Source: Acidimicrobiia bacterium
GTDB taxonomy: Bacteria > Actinomycetota > Acidimicrobiia > UBA2766
Reading direction: 5' to 3'
Assembly (NCBI GenBank): GCA_046331095.1
Contig: JAXLRM010000004.1
Location: 324,316-388,315, forward strand
DNA length: 64,000 nucleotides
Numbering within the stretch: the first letter of the stretch is position 1; each line of letters begins with the position of its first letter. The position numbers were made by a program, and so were the translations under genes. This document shows, one piece after another, positions 50,509 through 59,781 of this stretch. The notes beneath the pieces are model-generated. The model saw nothing but the letters and a program-made list of their open reading frames with translations, ran no database searches and had not been told where the DNA came from.

Positions 50509-50979
50509 ATGGCACAACCTGATGCAGGGACGACGCTGCCGCCCGACCCCTTCGTCCGCCACCCCAAGGTCGACCGCCGCCGCGGTGAACCCTTCGAGAA
50601 CCCTGCGGGCTTGCACGTGCCCGCGCAGACCCAGTTCCACGGAACGGTGCTTGCGATCATCGTCCTGTGCGCTGCCGTGGTCGCGGTCGTGGCACCGCTC
50701 GTGCTCAACACGGACCGTCCGACCGTGAAGGCAGAAGTGGTGGACTCGTTCAACGATGCCGGGCGGGTCAAGGTGATCGTGAAGGTCGAGAACACGACAG
50801 CGGAGACGGTGACGGTGACCTGCAACGTGCGTGCGACCGACAGCACGAACGTCGAGATCGGCGCGGCCGTCGTCAGGACGGGCGAGCTGAAGCCGGATGC
50901 CGCCGAGCTCCTCACCGCCGAGTTCGAGTCGGACGCGCGCCCGGCGCAGGTGCAGCGCGTCTGCAACACGGCGTCCTGA
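50509..50979 (+). CDS. membrane-anchored hypothetical protein
   Basis: 156 aa with one TM segment (VLAIIVLCAAVVAVVAPLVL) and a beta-rich C-terminal domain. Weak RBS. Confidence 0.5.
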   Translation: MAQPDAGTTLPPDPFVRHPKVDRRRGEPFENPAGLHVPAQTQFHGTVLAIIVLCAAVVAVVAPLVLNTDRPTVKAEVVDSFNDAGRVKVIVKVENTTAETVTVTCNVRATDSTNVEIGAAVVRTGELKPDAAELLTAEFESDARPAQVQRVCNTAS

Positions 50980-51001
50980 CCCAGGCTTTCGGAGGAGGAC
51001 C

Positions 51002-51256
51002 GTGGCCGTCACAGTCGAGAGCACCCCGAACCCCAACGCCCTCAAGTTCGTGGTGGGCAGCCCGGTGGGCGGTCCGCTCACCTATCGCGACGGCGGCGGT
51101 GCCGACGAGTGGGTTCAGCGCGTCTTCGCGCTCGGCGGCGTGCAGCAGGTGTTCCTCACGGGCGACTTCGTGTCGGTCACCAAGACCGCAGACGCCGACT
51201 GGCAGACGCTCGTCGACGATGTCCAGGCGATCCTCGAGGACGCGTTCGGCGCCTGA
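51002..51256 (+). CDS. Nfu/NifU N-terminal-domain-like small protein
   Basis: VESTPNPNALKFVV...VFLTGDFVSVTK. GTG 51002 follows GGAGGAGGA. Confidence 0.6.
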   Translation: MAVTVESTPNPNALKFVVGSPVGGPLTYRDGGGADEWVQRVFALGGVQQVFLTGDFVSVTKTADADWQTLVDDVQAILEDAFGA

Positions 51257-51337
51257 TCCGAATCCGGTCCGGGACCCTCACGATCAGGCTGACGTGGACA
51301 AGGCCGGCCTGCCCACTTATCCTCTGTTCCGTGTAGC

Positions 51338-51358
51338 GATCGTTTCAGTGAACTGATC
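51338..51358. promoter_or_regulatory. 21-bp imperfect palindrome, candidate TetR operator of the downstream operon
   Basis: GATCGTTTCAGTGAACTGATC has 8 of 10 symmetric positions. It abuts the RBS GGGGAG and ATG 51369. Confidence 0.35.
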
Positions 51359-51368
51359 GGGGAGCACC

Positions 51369-52151
51369 ATGGAAGACACGGCAACGGTCCTCCGCACTGG
51401 CGACGCGGCCGACACGGCGCCGGTGTCGACGCCGTGGTCGGCACCCGCGTTCGGCCCCCCGCCGCATCGCTGGAGCGGCGTCCGGACGATCCTGTTCCCC
51501 TACGTCGCCGACGCCGACGCAGCCGCGGCGATCATGCCGCCCGGCGTCGAGCTGATCGACGGCGCAGGCAGCGTGGCCCTCCTGTCGTACCCGGGCACCG
51601 ACTTCATGCACCCGTTCAACGAGTGCGTGGTGCTGATACCGGCGCGTGCCGCGGGCGTCGAGGGCAACTACGTGCCCTACATCTTCGTGACCACCGACGA
51701 AGCGCTGATCCCGGGCCGCGAGATCGCGGGCTGGCCCAAGCGGATCGCCGACATCGGCTGGGAACGCAGCGGCGACCACGTGTCGGTGTCGGTCGCGCGC
51801 TTCGGCGAGACGATCCTCGAGCTCGAGGGCGACGTGAGCGGGACCATGCCCGCCGAACTCGTCGCCGGCGGGACCGAGACCATGAACCCGCCCTCGTTCA
51901 ACTACAAGCTCGTTCCCGGCCCCGACGGGCGGTCCATCGAGGTCGAGGAGATCACCGCGACCCAGTTGCAGGTCACCCCCAGCCGCGTCGAGCTCGGCAG
52001 CGGCAAGCTGTGCGCACGGTCCACGACGTGGGACCCCGGCGTCGCCGCGCTCGTGGGCGAGTCCGAGGGGATGCTCGTCGTCTTGGAGTCCGACAACGTC
52101 ATCCCGGCCGGCGAGGTCCTCGTCCGCATAGAGCGGGGCGCCGGCACGTGA
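51369..52151 (+). CDS. acetoacetate decarboxylase (ADC) family protein
   Basis: GREIAGWPKR aligns to the family GREIWGFPKK motif. Beta-cone-like composition. Confidence 0.7.
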   Translation: MEDTATVLRTGDAADTAPVSTPWSAPAFGPPPHRWSGVRTILFPYVADADAAAAIMPPGVELIDGAGSVALLSYPGTDFMHPFNECVVLIPARAAGVEGNYVPYIFVTTDEALIPGREIAGWPKRIADIGWERSGDHVSVSVARFGETILELEGDVSGTMPAELVAGGTETMNPPSFNYKLVPGPDGRSIEVEEITATQLQVTPSRVELGSGKLCARSTTWDPGVAALVGESEGMLVVLESDNVIPAGEVLVRIERGAGT

Positions 52152-53344
52152 GCGCGGCGCTCACCGCCACCCAGCTCGAGGCACAGCAGTGGGCCCGCGA
52201 CTTCGCGCAACGCTGCGTGGCGCCCAAGGCACTCGCCATCGACAAGGACCCCCACGGTCCCCTGCGCGACCAGCTCGTGCGTGAGGGCGCGCGGGCGGGT
52301 GTGCTCGGCTTCCTGCTCCCCGAGTTCGTCGGCGGTGCCGGCGGTGACATGTTCTCGGGCCTGCTCGTGACCGAGGAGATCGCGGCCGCATGCGCCGGTG
52401 CCGCCGTCCTGTTCGGCGCGACGGGACTGGGTCTCGCCCCGATCATGCTGTCGGGCAACTTCGCACTGCTCCAGGAACTCGTGCCGCCGCTCGTGGCGAG
52501 CTGGGACACCGACGCGCCTCGCCTCGCCGCCCTCGCGGCGACCGAACCCGACATGGGCTCCGACATCATGACAGGCGACCCCGCCGCGAGCATGCGCACC
52601 CGGGCGGACAAGGTCGACGGCGGCTACCTGCTCAACGGCAACAAGGTGTTCATCTCCAACGGATCCCTCGCCGGTCTCGTCACCGTGTTCGCCACGACCG
52701 ACCGGTCGAAGCCGATCCGCGAGAGCTGGTGCTGTTTCGCCGTCACGTCCGACACGCCGGGCTTCTCGGTCGGGCAGGTGTTCGACAAGATGGGCCAGCG
52801 CGCCGCTCCCGCCGTGGAGCTCGTCTTCGACGACGTGTTCGTGCCCGACGCGCACCGCGTCGTGAGCGAGGGCTACGGCTGGACCCTGAACAACATGATC
52901 ATGTCGGTGACACGGGCGCCGGTCGGCGCGATCGCCCTCGGCATCGCACGCGCCGCCTACGACAAGGCGATCGACTACGCCGAGGTACGCATCCAGGGTG
53001 GCAAGCCGATCGTGCGGCACCAGGCCGTGGCGCTGATGCTCGCCGACATGGCGATCCGCGTCGAGGCGGCACGCGCGCTCGTGTACCAGGCCGGGCAGGC
53101 GATCGCGGCGGGCCGCCCCAGCATCAAGCTCTCCTCGATGGCCAAGACGTTCGCTGCCGACGCGGCGGTCGCGAACGCGCTCGACGCGATCCAGGTCCTC
53201 GGCGGCAACGGGTACATGCACGAGTACGGGGTGGAGAAGCTGCTGCGCGACGCCAAGCTCACCCAGATCTACGAGGGCACGAACCAGATGAACCGTCTCG
53301 AGATCGTCGAGGCGATAACCGAGGAGAGGGCGAACGTTGGGTAG
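52148..53344 (+). CDS. acyl-CoA dehydrogenase
   Basis: ATEPDMGSD, the FISNG region and the C-terminal QIYEGTNQMNRLEI motif. GTG 52148 forms a GTGA overlap. Confidence 0.9.
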   Translation: MSAALTATQLEAQQWARDFAQRCVAPKALAIDKDPHGPLRDQLVREGARAGVLGFLLPEFVGGAGGDMFSGLLVTEEIAAACAGAAVLFGATGLGLAPIMLSGNFALLQELVPPLVASWDTDAPRLAALAATEPDMGSDIMTGDPAASMRTRADKVDGGYLLNGNKVFISNGSLAGLVTVFATTDRSKPIRESWCCFAVTSDTPGFSVGQVFDKMGQRAAPAVELVFDDVFVPDAHRVVSEGYGWTLNNMIMSVTRAPVGAIALGIARAAYDKAIDYAEVRIQGGKPIVRHQAVALMLADMAIRVEAARALVYQAGQAIAAGRPSIKLSSMAKTFAADAAVANALDAIQVLGGNGYMHEYGVEKLLRDAKLTQIYEGTNQMNRLEIVEAITEERANVG

Positions 53345-56099
53345 CGGCACCGACCTGCGCGGCGGCGAGGACCGGTACCGGCACCACCCGGCGCTGGACT
53401 GGGACCGCGTCGTCTCCGGCACCCACTGCGTCGACTGCTACCCGGTGAACTGCCCGCTGCGCGTCTACGTCAAGGACGGGCGCGTCGTGCGCGAGGAGCT
53501 CGCCGGCAACCTCGAACAGGTCGAGGAAGGCGTGCCGGACCTGAACCCGATGGGGTGCCAGAAGGGCCTCGCCTGGAGCCGCCAGCACTACGACGAGCAA
53601 CGGCCCGTGTACCCGCTCAGGCGCGTGGGCGCACGCGGCGCCGGCCGCTGGGAGCGGATCACGTGGGACGAGGCCCTCACCGAGATCGCCGACGCCGTCG
53701 TCGACGCGATCGAGGAGGTCGGCCCCGAAGCCGTTGTGCACGACGGCTCGCCCGAGATCGGTGCGGTCGTGCCGGCGGTGCGGTTCATGAGCACGCTGGG
53801 CGGCACCACGCTCGACGTGAACGGCTCGATCAACGACTTCTGGCCGGGTGCGCACCAGACGTTCGGGAAGTTCTACACGACGAGTTCCGTGGACGACGTC
53901 TTCCACGCCGACACGATCGTGTTCTGGCACTCCAACCCGGCGTACACGATGCAGCCGTCGTTCCACGTCGCCGCCGAGGCGCGCTACCGCGGCGCCGAGC
54001 TCGTGCTGATCGCACCGGACGTGAGCCCGTCGCACAGCCACATGGACTACGTGGTCCCGGTGGAGCCGGGCAGCGACGCCGCCCTCGCACTCGCGATGTG
54101 CCAGGTGGTCGTCGCCGAGGACCTCGCCGACTGGGACTTCGTGCGCACCCAGACCGACCTCGCGTTGCTGGCGCGCCGCGACACCGGCGAGTTCCTGCGC
54201 GACGCCGAGGGCGGCTTCTTCCACTACGACCCCGCCCGCGGTGTGGTGTCCGCGTCGGCCGCGACGCTCGAACTGGACTTCGAGGCGGCGCTGGAAGGCG
54301 AGTTCGACGCTGTCCTCGACGACGGCACCGCGGTGCGGGTCGAACCGGTCTTCGCGTGCATGCGGCGCCGCCTCGACGCCGACTACACACCCGAAGCGGT
54401 CGCCGGCATCTGCGGCACCCACCCCGAGACGGTGCGCACGCTCGCCCGCAAGATCGCCGCGGGACGCACCCGCATCATGAACGGCGCCGGCCTCACCAAG
54501 TACTTCCACGGCGACCTGATGACGCGTTCGATGCTGCTGCTGCTCGCGCTCACCGGGAACTGGGGCAAGAAGGGCACCGGGTTCACGGGCTGGGCGACGG
54601 GTCTCTTCGACGGTCACACCGTGGCGATGACCAAGGCGCGCCACGGCGTCGAGGGCGCCGAGATCGTGATCTCGACGATGGAGGCCATGCGCGACTCGAT
54701 CCGGGCCGCCGACCCGACCCTGACCGACGAACTGGCCACGATCGAGATGTGGCGCCTGCTCGGCAGCACAGCCCCTCCGACGGTGCCGCCGGCGTTCTTC
54801 TGGTACTGGCACGCGGGCTACCGCGAGCGCTGGAACCGCCCCGAGTGGGCGGACCCGACGATGCCGCGCGACTTCGACTCGTACTTCGAGGAGGCCCTGG
54901 ACACGGGCTGGCCCGGCATGCGGGCCCGCGTCGGACCCGACAAGCCGCCGCGGGTCCTGCTCGAGATCGCCGGCAACATGTTGCGCCGCGCACGCGGGGG
55001 CCAACAGCTCCTCCTGGAGCATCTGTGGCCCCAACTCGACCTCGTCGTGACCGTCGACTTCCGCATTTCCCAGACCGCGCTGTACTCCGACATCGTCCTG
55101 CCCGCCGCCGCGCCCTACGAGAAGACCGCGTTCAGCATGCCGACACCGTGGACGATGTTCCTCGCCCTGGACGACCGCGCTGCCGATCCGCCCGGGGAGG
55201 CACGCTCGGAGTGGGAGATACTCGCGGCACTGCTCGCCAGGATCGGCGAACGCGCCGGCGCCCGCGGCCTCGACGCCTACCGCGACGCCACCGGCACCAC
55301 GCGACGCTACGACGCGCTGGCGCGGGCGTTCACGCTCGACGGCCATCTCGTCGACGACGAGTCGGTCGCGGAGGAGATGGTGCGCGACGCCGTACACGCG
55401 GGCACGCTGGCGCAGGACACGACGCTGGCGTCGATCCGCTCACGCGGCTGGACCCGCTACCAGGGCTGGGGCCTGATGGCGATGGCACAGGGCCAGGCGT
55501 CGCCGTTCCCCGAGAACGAGACGCACGCCCCGCTGCGCAACCACGTCGAGCGCGGGCACCCCTACCCGACCCTGACGCGGCGGGCGCAGTTCCTCGTCGA
55601 CCACCCGTGGTTCCGGGAGACCGGCGAGGACCTGCCGTGCCACAAGGCGCCCCCGCGCATGGGCGGCGACCACCCCTTCGCGCTCTCCAGCGGGCACAAC
55701 CGATGGAGCGTGCACGCCATGAACATGACCAACACCGTGCTGCTCAACACCCACCGGGGCAAGCCCTTCGTCGTCGTGAACACCGGCGACGCGGAACGCC
55801 TGGGTGCCCGAGACGACGACGTGGTGCGGATCCGCAACGACGTCGGCGAGTTCTACGTGCCGGTGCGGACCACGCCGACCCAGCGACCCGGCTGCCTGAC
55901 GGTTTACAACGGCTTCGAGGGGTTCATGTTCCCCGGCGGCAAGGGCGCCAACGAGGTCGAGCCCGGACTCGTGAAGTGGCTCCACCTCGCGACCGGCTAC
56001 GGCCACCTGTCCTATGCACCCACCGAGTGGCAGCCGACCCCGGTCGACCGGGTCGTGTACGTCGACGTCGAGGTGGTGCCGCCGCGGGACCTGCCGTGA
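53337..56099 (+). CDS. molybdopterin oxidoreductase, NarG-like (type II DMSO-reductase family) alpha subunit, no Tat signal
   Basis: N-terminal FS0-type cluster motif HCVDCYPVNC...VYVKDG...GCQKG. SINDFWPG aligns to the NarG Asp-ligand segment. TTG 53337 follows GAGGAGAGGG and overlaps the ACAD end by 8 nt. Confidence 0.8.
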   Translation: MGSGTDLRGGEDRYRHHPALDWDRVVSGTHCVDCYPVNCPLRVYVKDGRVVREELAGNLEQVEEGVPDLNPMGCQKGLAWSRQHYDEQRPVYPLRRVGARGAGRWERITWDEALTEIADAVVDAIEEVGPEAVVHDGSPEIGAVVPAVRFMSTLGGTTLDVNGSINDFWPGAHQTFGKFYTTSSVDDVFHADTIVFWHSNPAYTMQPSFHVAAEARYRGAELVLIAPDVSPSHSHMDYVVPVEPGSDAALALAMCQVVVAEDLADWDFVRTQTDLALLARRDTGEFLRDAEGGFFHYDPARGVVSASAATLELDFEAALEGEFDAVLDDGTAVRVEPVFACMRRRLDADYTPEAVAGICGTHPETVRTLARKIAAGRTRIMNGAGLTKYFHGDLMTRSMLLLLALTGNWGKKGTGFTGWATGLFDGHTVAMTKARHGVEGAEIVISTMEAMRDSIRAADPTLTDELATIEMWRLLGSTAPPTVPPAFFWYWHAGYRERWNRPEWADPTMPRDFDSYFEEALDTGWPGMRARVGPDKPPRVLLEIAGNMLRRARGGQQLLLEHLWPQLDLVVTVDFRISQTALYSDIVLPAAAPYEKTAFSMPTPWTMFLALDDRAADPPGEARSEWEILAALLARIGERAGARGLDAYRDATGTTRRYDALARAFTLDGHLVDDESVAEEMVRDAVHAGTLAQDTTLASIRSRGWTRYQGWGLMAMAQGQASPFPENETHAPLRNHVERGHPYPTLTRRAQFLVDHPWFRETGEDLPCHKAPPRMGGDHPFALSSGHNRWSVHAMNMTNTVLLNTHRGKPFVVVNTGDAERLGARDDDVVRIRNDVGEFYVPVRTTPTQRPGCLTVYNGFEGFMFPGGKGANEVEPGLVKWLHLATGYGHLSYAPTEWQPTPVDRVVYVDVEVVPPRDLP

Positions 56100-56752
56100 A
56101 GCGCAAGACCGAGCGCAGGCACCAACAGGGCGAGGAGTCGCGCCGCCGCATCCTGGACGCCACGATCGAGATCGCGGCGGAGCGCGGCTACGAGGGCACG
56201 ACCGTGTCGCTCGTGAGCAAGCGGTCGGGCCTGCCGGCGAGCTCGATCTACTGGCACTTCGAGAACAAGGACGAGCTCATCGCCGCGGTCATCCAGCGCA
56301 GCTTCGACGAGTGGTCCGCCGACCTCGCGGCCGCGGAGGAGACCGCGCTCGGCGCAGGCAGCACGAGCCGGGACCAGGTCGTCGCGGTGATTCGCCACGA
56401 GGCGGCCAGCCTCGCCCGTCACGAGGACTTCCTGCGCTTCGGCCTCATGCTCGCGCTCGAACAGCGTGAGGAAGAGCCCGTTGCACGCACGCTCTTCCTC
56501 GAGGTGCGCGAACTCTCGTTGCGCCGGATCGAGGACAGCTACCGGCGCTACTTCGCCCACCACGGAGCCGAGGTCGACGACGCGTACGTCGCGAGCCTCG
56601 CGGTGCTCACGATGGCCGCGGTGGACGGGATCTTCCTCGCGGGCCAGGCGCGCCCCGGCACCGACCCGACTCCGGTGCTCGACCTGCTCGCGGCGGCCAT
56701 CGACCTGCTCACGCGCGAGCGCATGGAGCAGTCCCGCGGCGACACGAGCTGA
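56096..56752 (+). CDS. TetR family transcriptional regulator
   Basis: HTH RRILDATIEIAAERGYEGTTVSLVSKRSGLPASSIYWHFENKDEL. GTG 56096 forms a GTGA overlap with the molybdoenzyme stop. Confidence 0.9.
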   Translation: MKRKTERRHQQGEESRRRILDATIEIAAERGYEGTTVSLVSKRSGLPASSIYWHFENKDELIAAVIQRSFDEWSADLAAAEETALGAGSTSRDQVVAVIRHEAASLARHEDFLRFGLMLALEQREEEPVARTLFLEVRELSLRRIEDSYRRYFAHHGAEVDDAYVASLAVLTMAAVDGIFLAGQARPGTDPTPVLDLLAAAIDLLTRERMEQSRGDTS

Positions 56753-56784
56753 CCCGGATCACCGGGCCGCACGGGCAAGCGGTC

Positions 56785-58314
56785 TCAGCGGCGCACCTTG
56801 CGGACGAGGGACTCGGCCTTGTCGACGACGCCGCCGCCGAAGAGCTGACCGAGGAGGCCCTTCATCTGCTTGTAGGCGGCCTTGTTGTCGGGCGCGAAGG
56901 CCGCGCCGAGGCCGGGCAGGGCGAAGCGCTGCTCGGCGGTCGCCTTGGTGAGCGTGAACTCCTTGATGCCCTCGTCGCCGTGGATGCGGCCGAAGCCGGA
57001 CTCGCCGACACCGCCGAAGGGCAGCGCCGAGATCGTCGAGAACGTCATGACGCTGTTGATCGCGGTCATGCCCGCCCGGATGCGGTCGGCCATCTCGCGG
57101 ATGCCGGCCGCGCCGAACACCGCCGAGCCGAGGTTGAAGCCGTCGTCGTTCGCACGCCGGATCGCCTCCTCGGCGTCGCCGACCTTGATCACGGGCAGGA
57201 CCGGCCCGAACGTCTCGTCCTGCATCAGCTTCATCGACGTGTCGACGTCGACGAGGACCGTGGGCGGCACCCAGTTCCCCTCGATCGCGTCGGGGCCTCC
57301 CACGAGGACCTTGGCGCCCTTGGCGACGGCGTCCTCGAGTTGGTCGCGGATCTTGTCGACCTGCTGAGGCCTCGTTATCGCGCCGATCTGGGCGTCGTCG
57401 TCGCTGCCCATCCGGATCACGGAGGCGCCGTCGACGACCTTGTCGAGGAACTGGTCGTAGACCGAGTCGACGACGTAGGCGCGCTCGACCGAGACGCACG
57501 CCTGACCTGCGTTGGTGAGGGCGCCGAAGACCGCCGCCTCGGCGGCCGCGTCGACGTCGGCATCCGCGGCGACGATCAAGGGGTCCTTGCCGCCGAGCTC
57601 CATGACGACCGGCGTCAGGTTCCTCGCGGCGGTCTCCATGACGCGGCGTCCGGTGGGCGCCGAGCCCGTGAACGCGAGCTTGTCGAGTGCGGACCCCGCG
57701 AGCGCGGCGCCGGTGCTGCCCTCTCCGGTGACCACCTGGAACACGTCGGGGATCGGCACGGCGGCGGCAAACGCCTCGGCGAGCGCGAGACCGGTGAGCG
57801 GGGTCAGCTCCGAGGGCTTGAACACGACGGCGTTGCCTGCCGCGAGGGCGTACCCGATCGAGCCCATCGGCGTGAACACGGGGTAGTTCCACGGGCCGAT
57901 GACGCCGACGACGCCGAGGGGGACGTGGCTCACCGTGGACTTGATGTTGACGAGGACGCCCGAGGACACCGTCCGCGTCTTCATCACCTTGGGCGCGCGC
58001 GTGGCCGCGTAGGTCAGGTGCGAGGTGGCGAGGTACACCTCCTGGATGGCGTCGTAGCGGGGTTTGCCGTTCTCGCGGTGGATGAGGTCGCAGATGTCGT
58101 CGACGCGCTTGACGAGCTCGCGGCGGAAGGCGAGCAGGTGGTCGCGTCGCTCGCCCGGGTCGAGTGCTCCCCATGTCTGCGCCGCCGTGCGCGCACGGGC
58201 GACGGCGGCGTCGACGTCGGCCTCGGTGTGGATCGGCACGCTGCCGATCAACTCCCCGCTGGCGGGGTTGTGGACCTCGAGTTGATCGGAGTCGGTTCGG
58301 GACTGCATGACCAT
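56785..58314 (-). CDS. NAD(P)-dependent aldehyde dehydrogenase
   Basis: VMELGGKDP, the catalytic-cysteine region NAGQACVSVER and the PFGGVGESG motif. The start is ATG 58314 (alternatives 58308 and 58347). Confidence 0.92.
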   Translation of the reverse strand: MVMQSRTDSDQLEVHNPASGELIGSVPIHTEADVDAAVARARTAAQTWGALDPGERRDHLLAFRRELVKRVDDICDLIHRENGKPRYDAIQEVYLATSHLTYAATRAPKVMKTRTVSSGVLVNIKSTVSHVPLGVVGVIGPWNYPVFTPMGSIGYALAAGNAVVFKPSELTPLTGLALAEAFAAAVPIPDVFQVVTGEGSTGAALAGSALDKLAFTGSAPTGRRVMETAARNLTPVVMELGGKDPLIVAADADVDAAAEAAVFGALTNAGQACVSVERAYVVDSVYDQFLDKVVDGASVIRMGSDDDAQIGAITRPQQVDKIRDQLEDAVAKGAKVLVGGPDAIEGNWVPPTVLVDVDTSMKLMQDETFGPVLPVIKVGDAEEAIRRANDDGFNLGSAVFGAAGIREMADRIRAGMTAINSVMTFSTISALPFGGVGESGFGRIHGDEGIKEFTLTKATAEQRFALPGLGAAFAPDNKAAYKQMKGLLGQLFGGGVVDKAESLVRKVRR

Positions 58315-58404
58315 CGGGGCTCCTCGGGGCGAAGTGGGTGACCTCATGGTGCCAGTCCCGCGCCGCGTCCTGCGAGCGCGCCGCGTTCGGTCACCGAGGG
58401 CAGA

Positions 58405-59625
58405 TCAGAACTCGGTCGGGCACCAGGGCTCGACGGGCCACGCGAACACGGCGTCGGCACGTGATGCCGCCGACGGGGTCAGCTCGCGCACGCGCCCGAC
58501 GCCTGCCAACGCCGCGAAGCGGGAGCGACCCAGGTACGCGGCGCCGATGTCGGCGACGTCGACCGCGAGATCTGCGGAGCGGTCGGAGCGCGTGCAGGCC
58601 GCGCCGTCGACGCGTGCCTCCAGCAGCCAGGTGCCCTCGTTGGACGCGATCATGGGATCGGTCACCGCGATCACCAGGTCGTCCTCGAGCGCGTACCCGC
58701 GGGCTGCGAGGCCGGCGCCGACGTCGAGGACGCGCACGTACAGGCCGTCGCTGGTCCGGGCCTCGAGCCAGCGCGGCTGCGCGAGCAGGAGCCGCAGCGG
58801 GTCGGCCGCCATGCGGCAGGGAGCCTCGGTGCGCACCATCAGGTCGAGGTCGAAACAGAACCGCCACAGCGACGCGGTCGCCACCGGGTTCTCGCCGACG
58901 AGCTCGACGACGGAGACCGTGCCGTCGGGGAGCTGGCTCGCCTTGTCGTGACGGCGTCGGTACAGCAGGTAGCCGTCGTCGACGCCCGCCGCGGAGTGGA
59001 CCACGCAGGCGAGAGGGGAGTCCTGGCCGCGGTGGTACGGGGTGTCGCAGAGCACATGGCGCCACCAGCGCGGGTCGCGGGCGAAACTGCCCGGGATCGT
59101 GGGGCCGGCGCGCTCGTGGACCGGCGCGATCGCCGCCTCGGCCGCGTCGACGGCGACGAAGCGGAGTTCGCCGCCCACCTCGATGTCGGGACGGAACTCG
59201 CTGCGGTAGTGGGGTAGGGACAGGTGGGCCATGGTCGACGCCGGCCCGTACCCGAACCGGCCGTAGATGCCGCTCTCGCTCGCCCACAGGGCCGCTACCA
59301 CGTCACCACGCGAAGCGACCTCGGCGAGCTGGCTCGTCATCATCGCGGAGAGGACACCGCGGCGCCGATGCGTGGGCAACACGGCCACGCCGGCCACGCC
59401 TGCGGTCGCGAGCGTCGCCCCGGGCACCGCCATCTCGAAGGAGTACGCGGACACGGTGCCGACCGTGGCTTCGCCGATGCGGGCGAGCAGCGTGCGGTCG
59501 GCCTCGAAGAGCGGCTTCATCTCCGGCAGGTCGAGCTCGCCCTTGGCGTCGGGGAACCCGGCGTCGCGGATCGAGCACACGAGCGGGTAGTCGCCGTCTT
59601 CGGCGGTGCGGATCTCGACGTCCAT
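58405..59625 (-). CDS. Eis-like GNAT N-acetyltransferase (GNAT + SCP2-like C-terminus)
   Basis: VAVLPTHRRRGVLSAMM acetyl-CoA motif and about 400 aa of three-domain Eis-type architecture. ATG 59625 (MDVEIRT). Confidence 0.75.
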   Translation of the reverse strand: MDVEIRTAEDGDYPLVCSIRDAGFPDAKGELDLPEMKPLFEADRTLLARIGEATVGTVSAYSFEMAVPGATLATAGVAGVAVLPTHRRRGVLSAMMTSQLAEVASRGDVVAALWASESGIYGRFGYGPASTMAHLSLPHYRSEFRPDIEVGGELRFVAVDAAEAAIAPVHERAGPTIPGSFARDPRWWRHVLCDTPYHRGQDSPLACVVHSAAGVDDGYLLYRRRHDKASQLPDGTVSVVELVGENPVATASLWRFCFDLDLMVRTEAPCRMAADPLRLLLAQPRWLEARTSDGLYVRVLDVGAGLAARGYALEDDLVIAVTDPMIASNEGTWLLEARVDGAACTRSDRSADLAVDVADIGAAYLGRSRFAALAGVGRVRELTPSAASRADAVFAWPVEPWCPTEF

Positions 59626-59676
59626 CGGCGCCACGCTACCCCGTCGCGCAGTGGTCGCCGGAGCCAAACCCGTTCT

Positions 59677-59714
59677 GGGCGCGCCCACCCCACCCGGGTG
59701 GGGTCACCGCGCCC
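59677..59714 (+). repeat. single-copy extended hairpin related in architecture to the tandem repeat families
   Basis: GGGCGCG-CCCA-CCCCACCC|GGGTGGGG-TCAC-CGCGCCC. It is followed by the linker-like GTCGGGATTTCGTCGGGTGGG. Confidence 0.6.
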
Positions 59715-59781
59715 AAGTCGGGATTTCGTCGGGTGGGCGGCACCCGAGTCGGACCGGCGCCGGGACGGCTGCGCCGTGGTC

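Noticed and set aside
50335-51256. Absence of ilvC directly after ilvN, which could indicate a rearrangement or insertion.
   Set aside because: ilvC can be unlinked in many genomes. The two small genes here carry no mobile-element signatures, and there are no flanking direct repeats or tRNA. There is not enough evidence for an insertion event.
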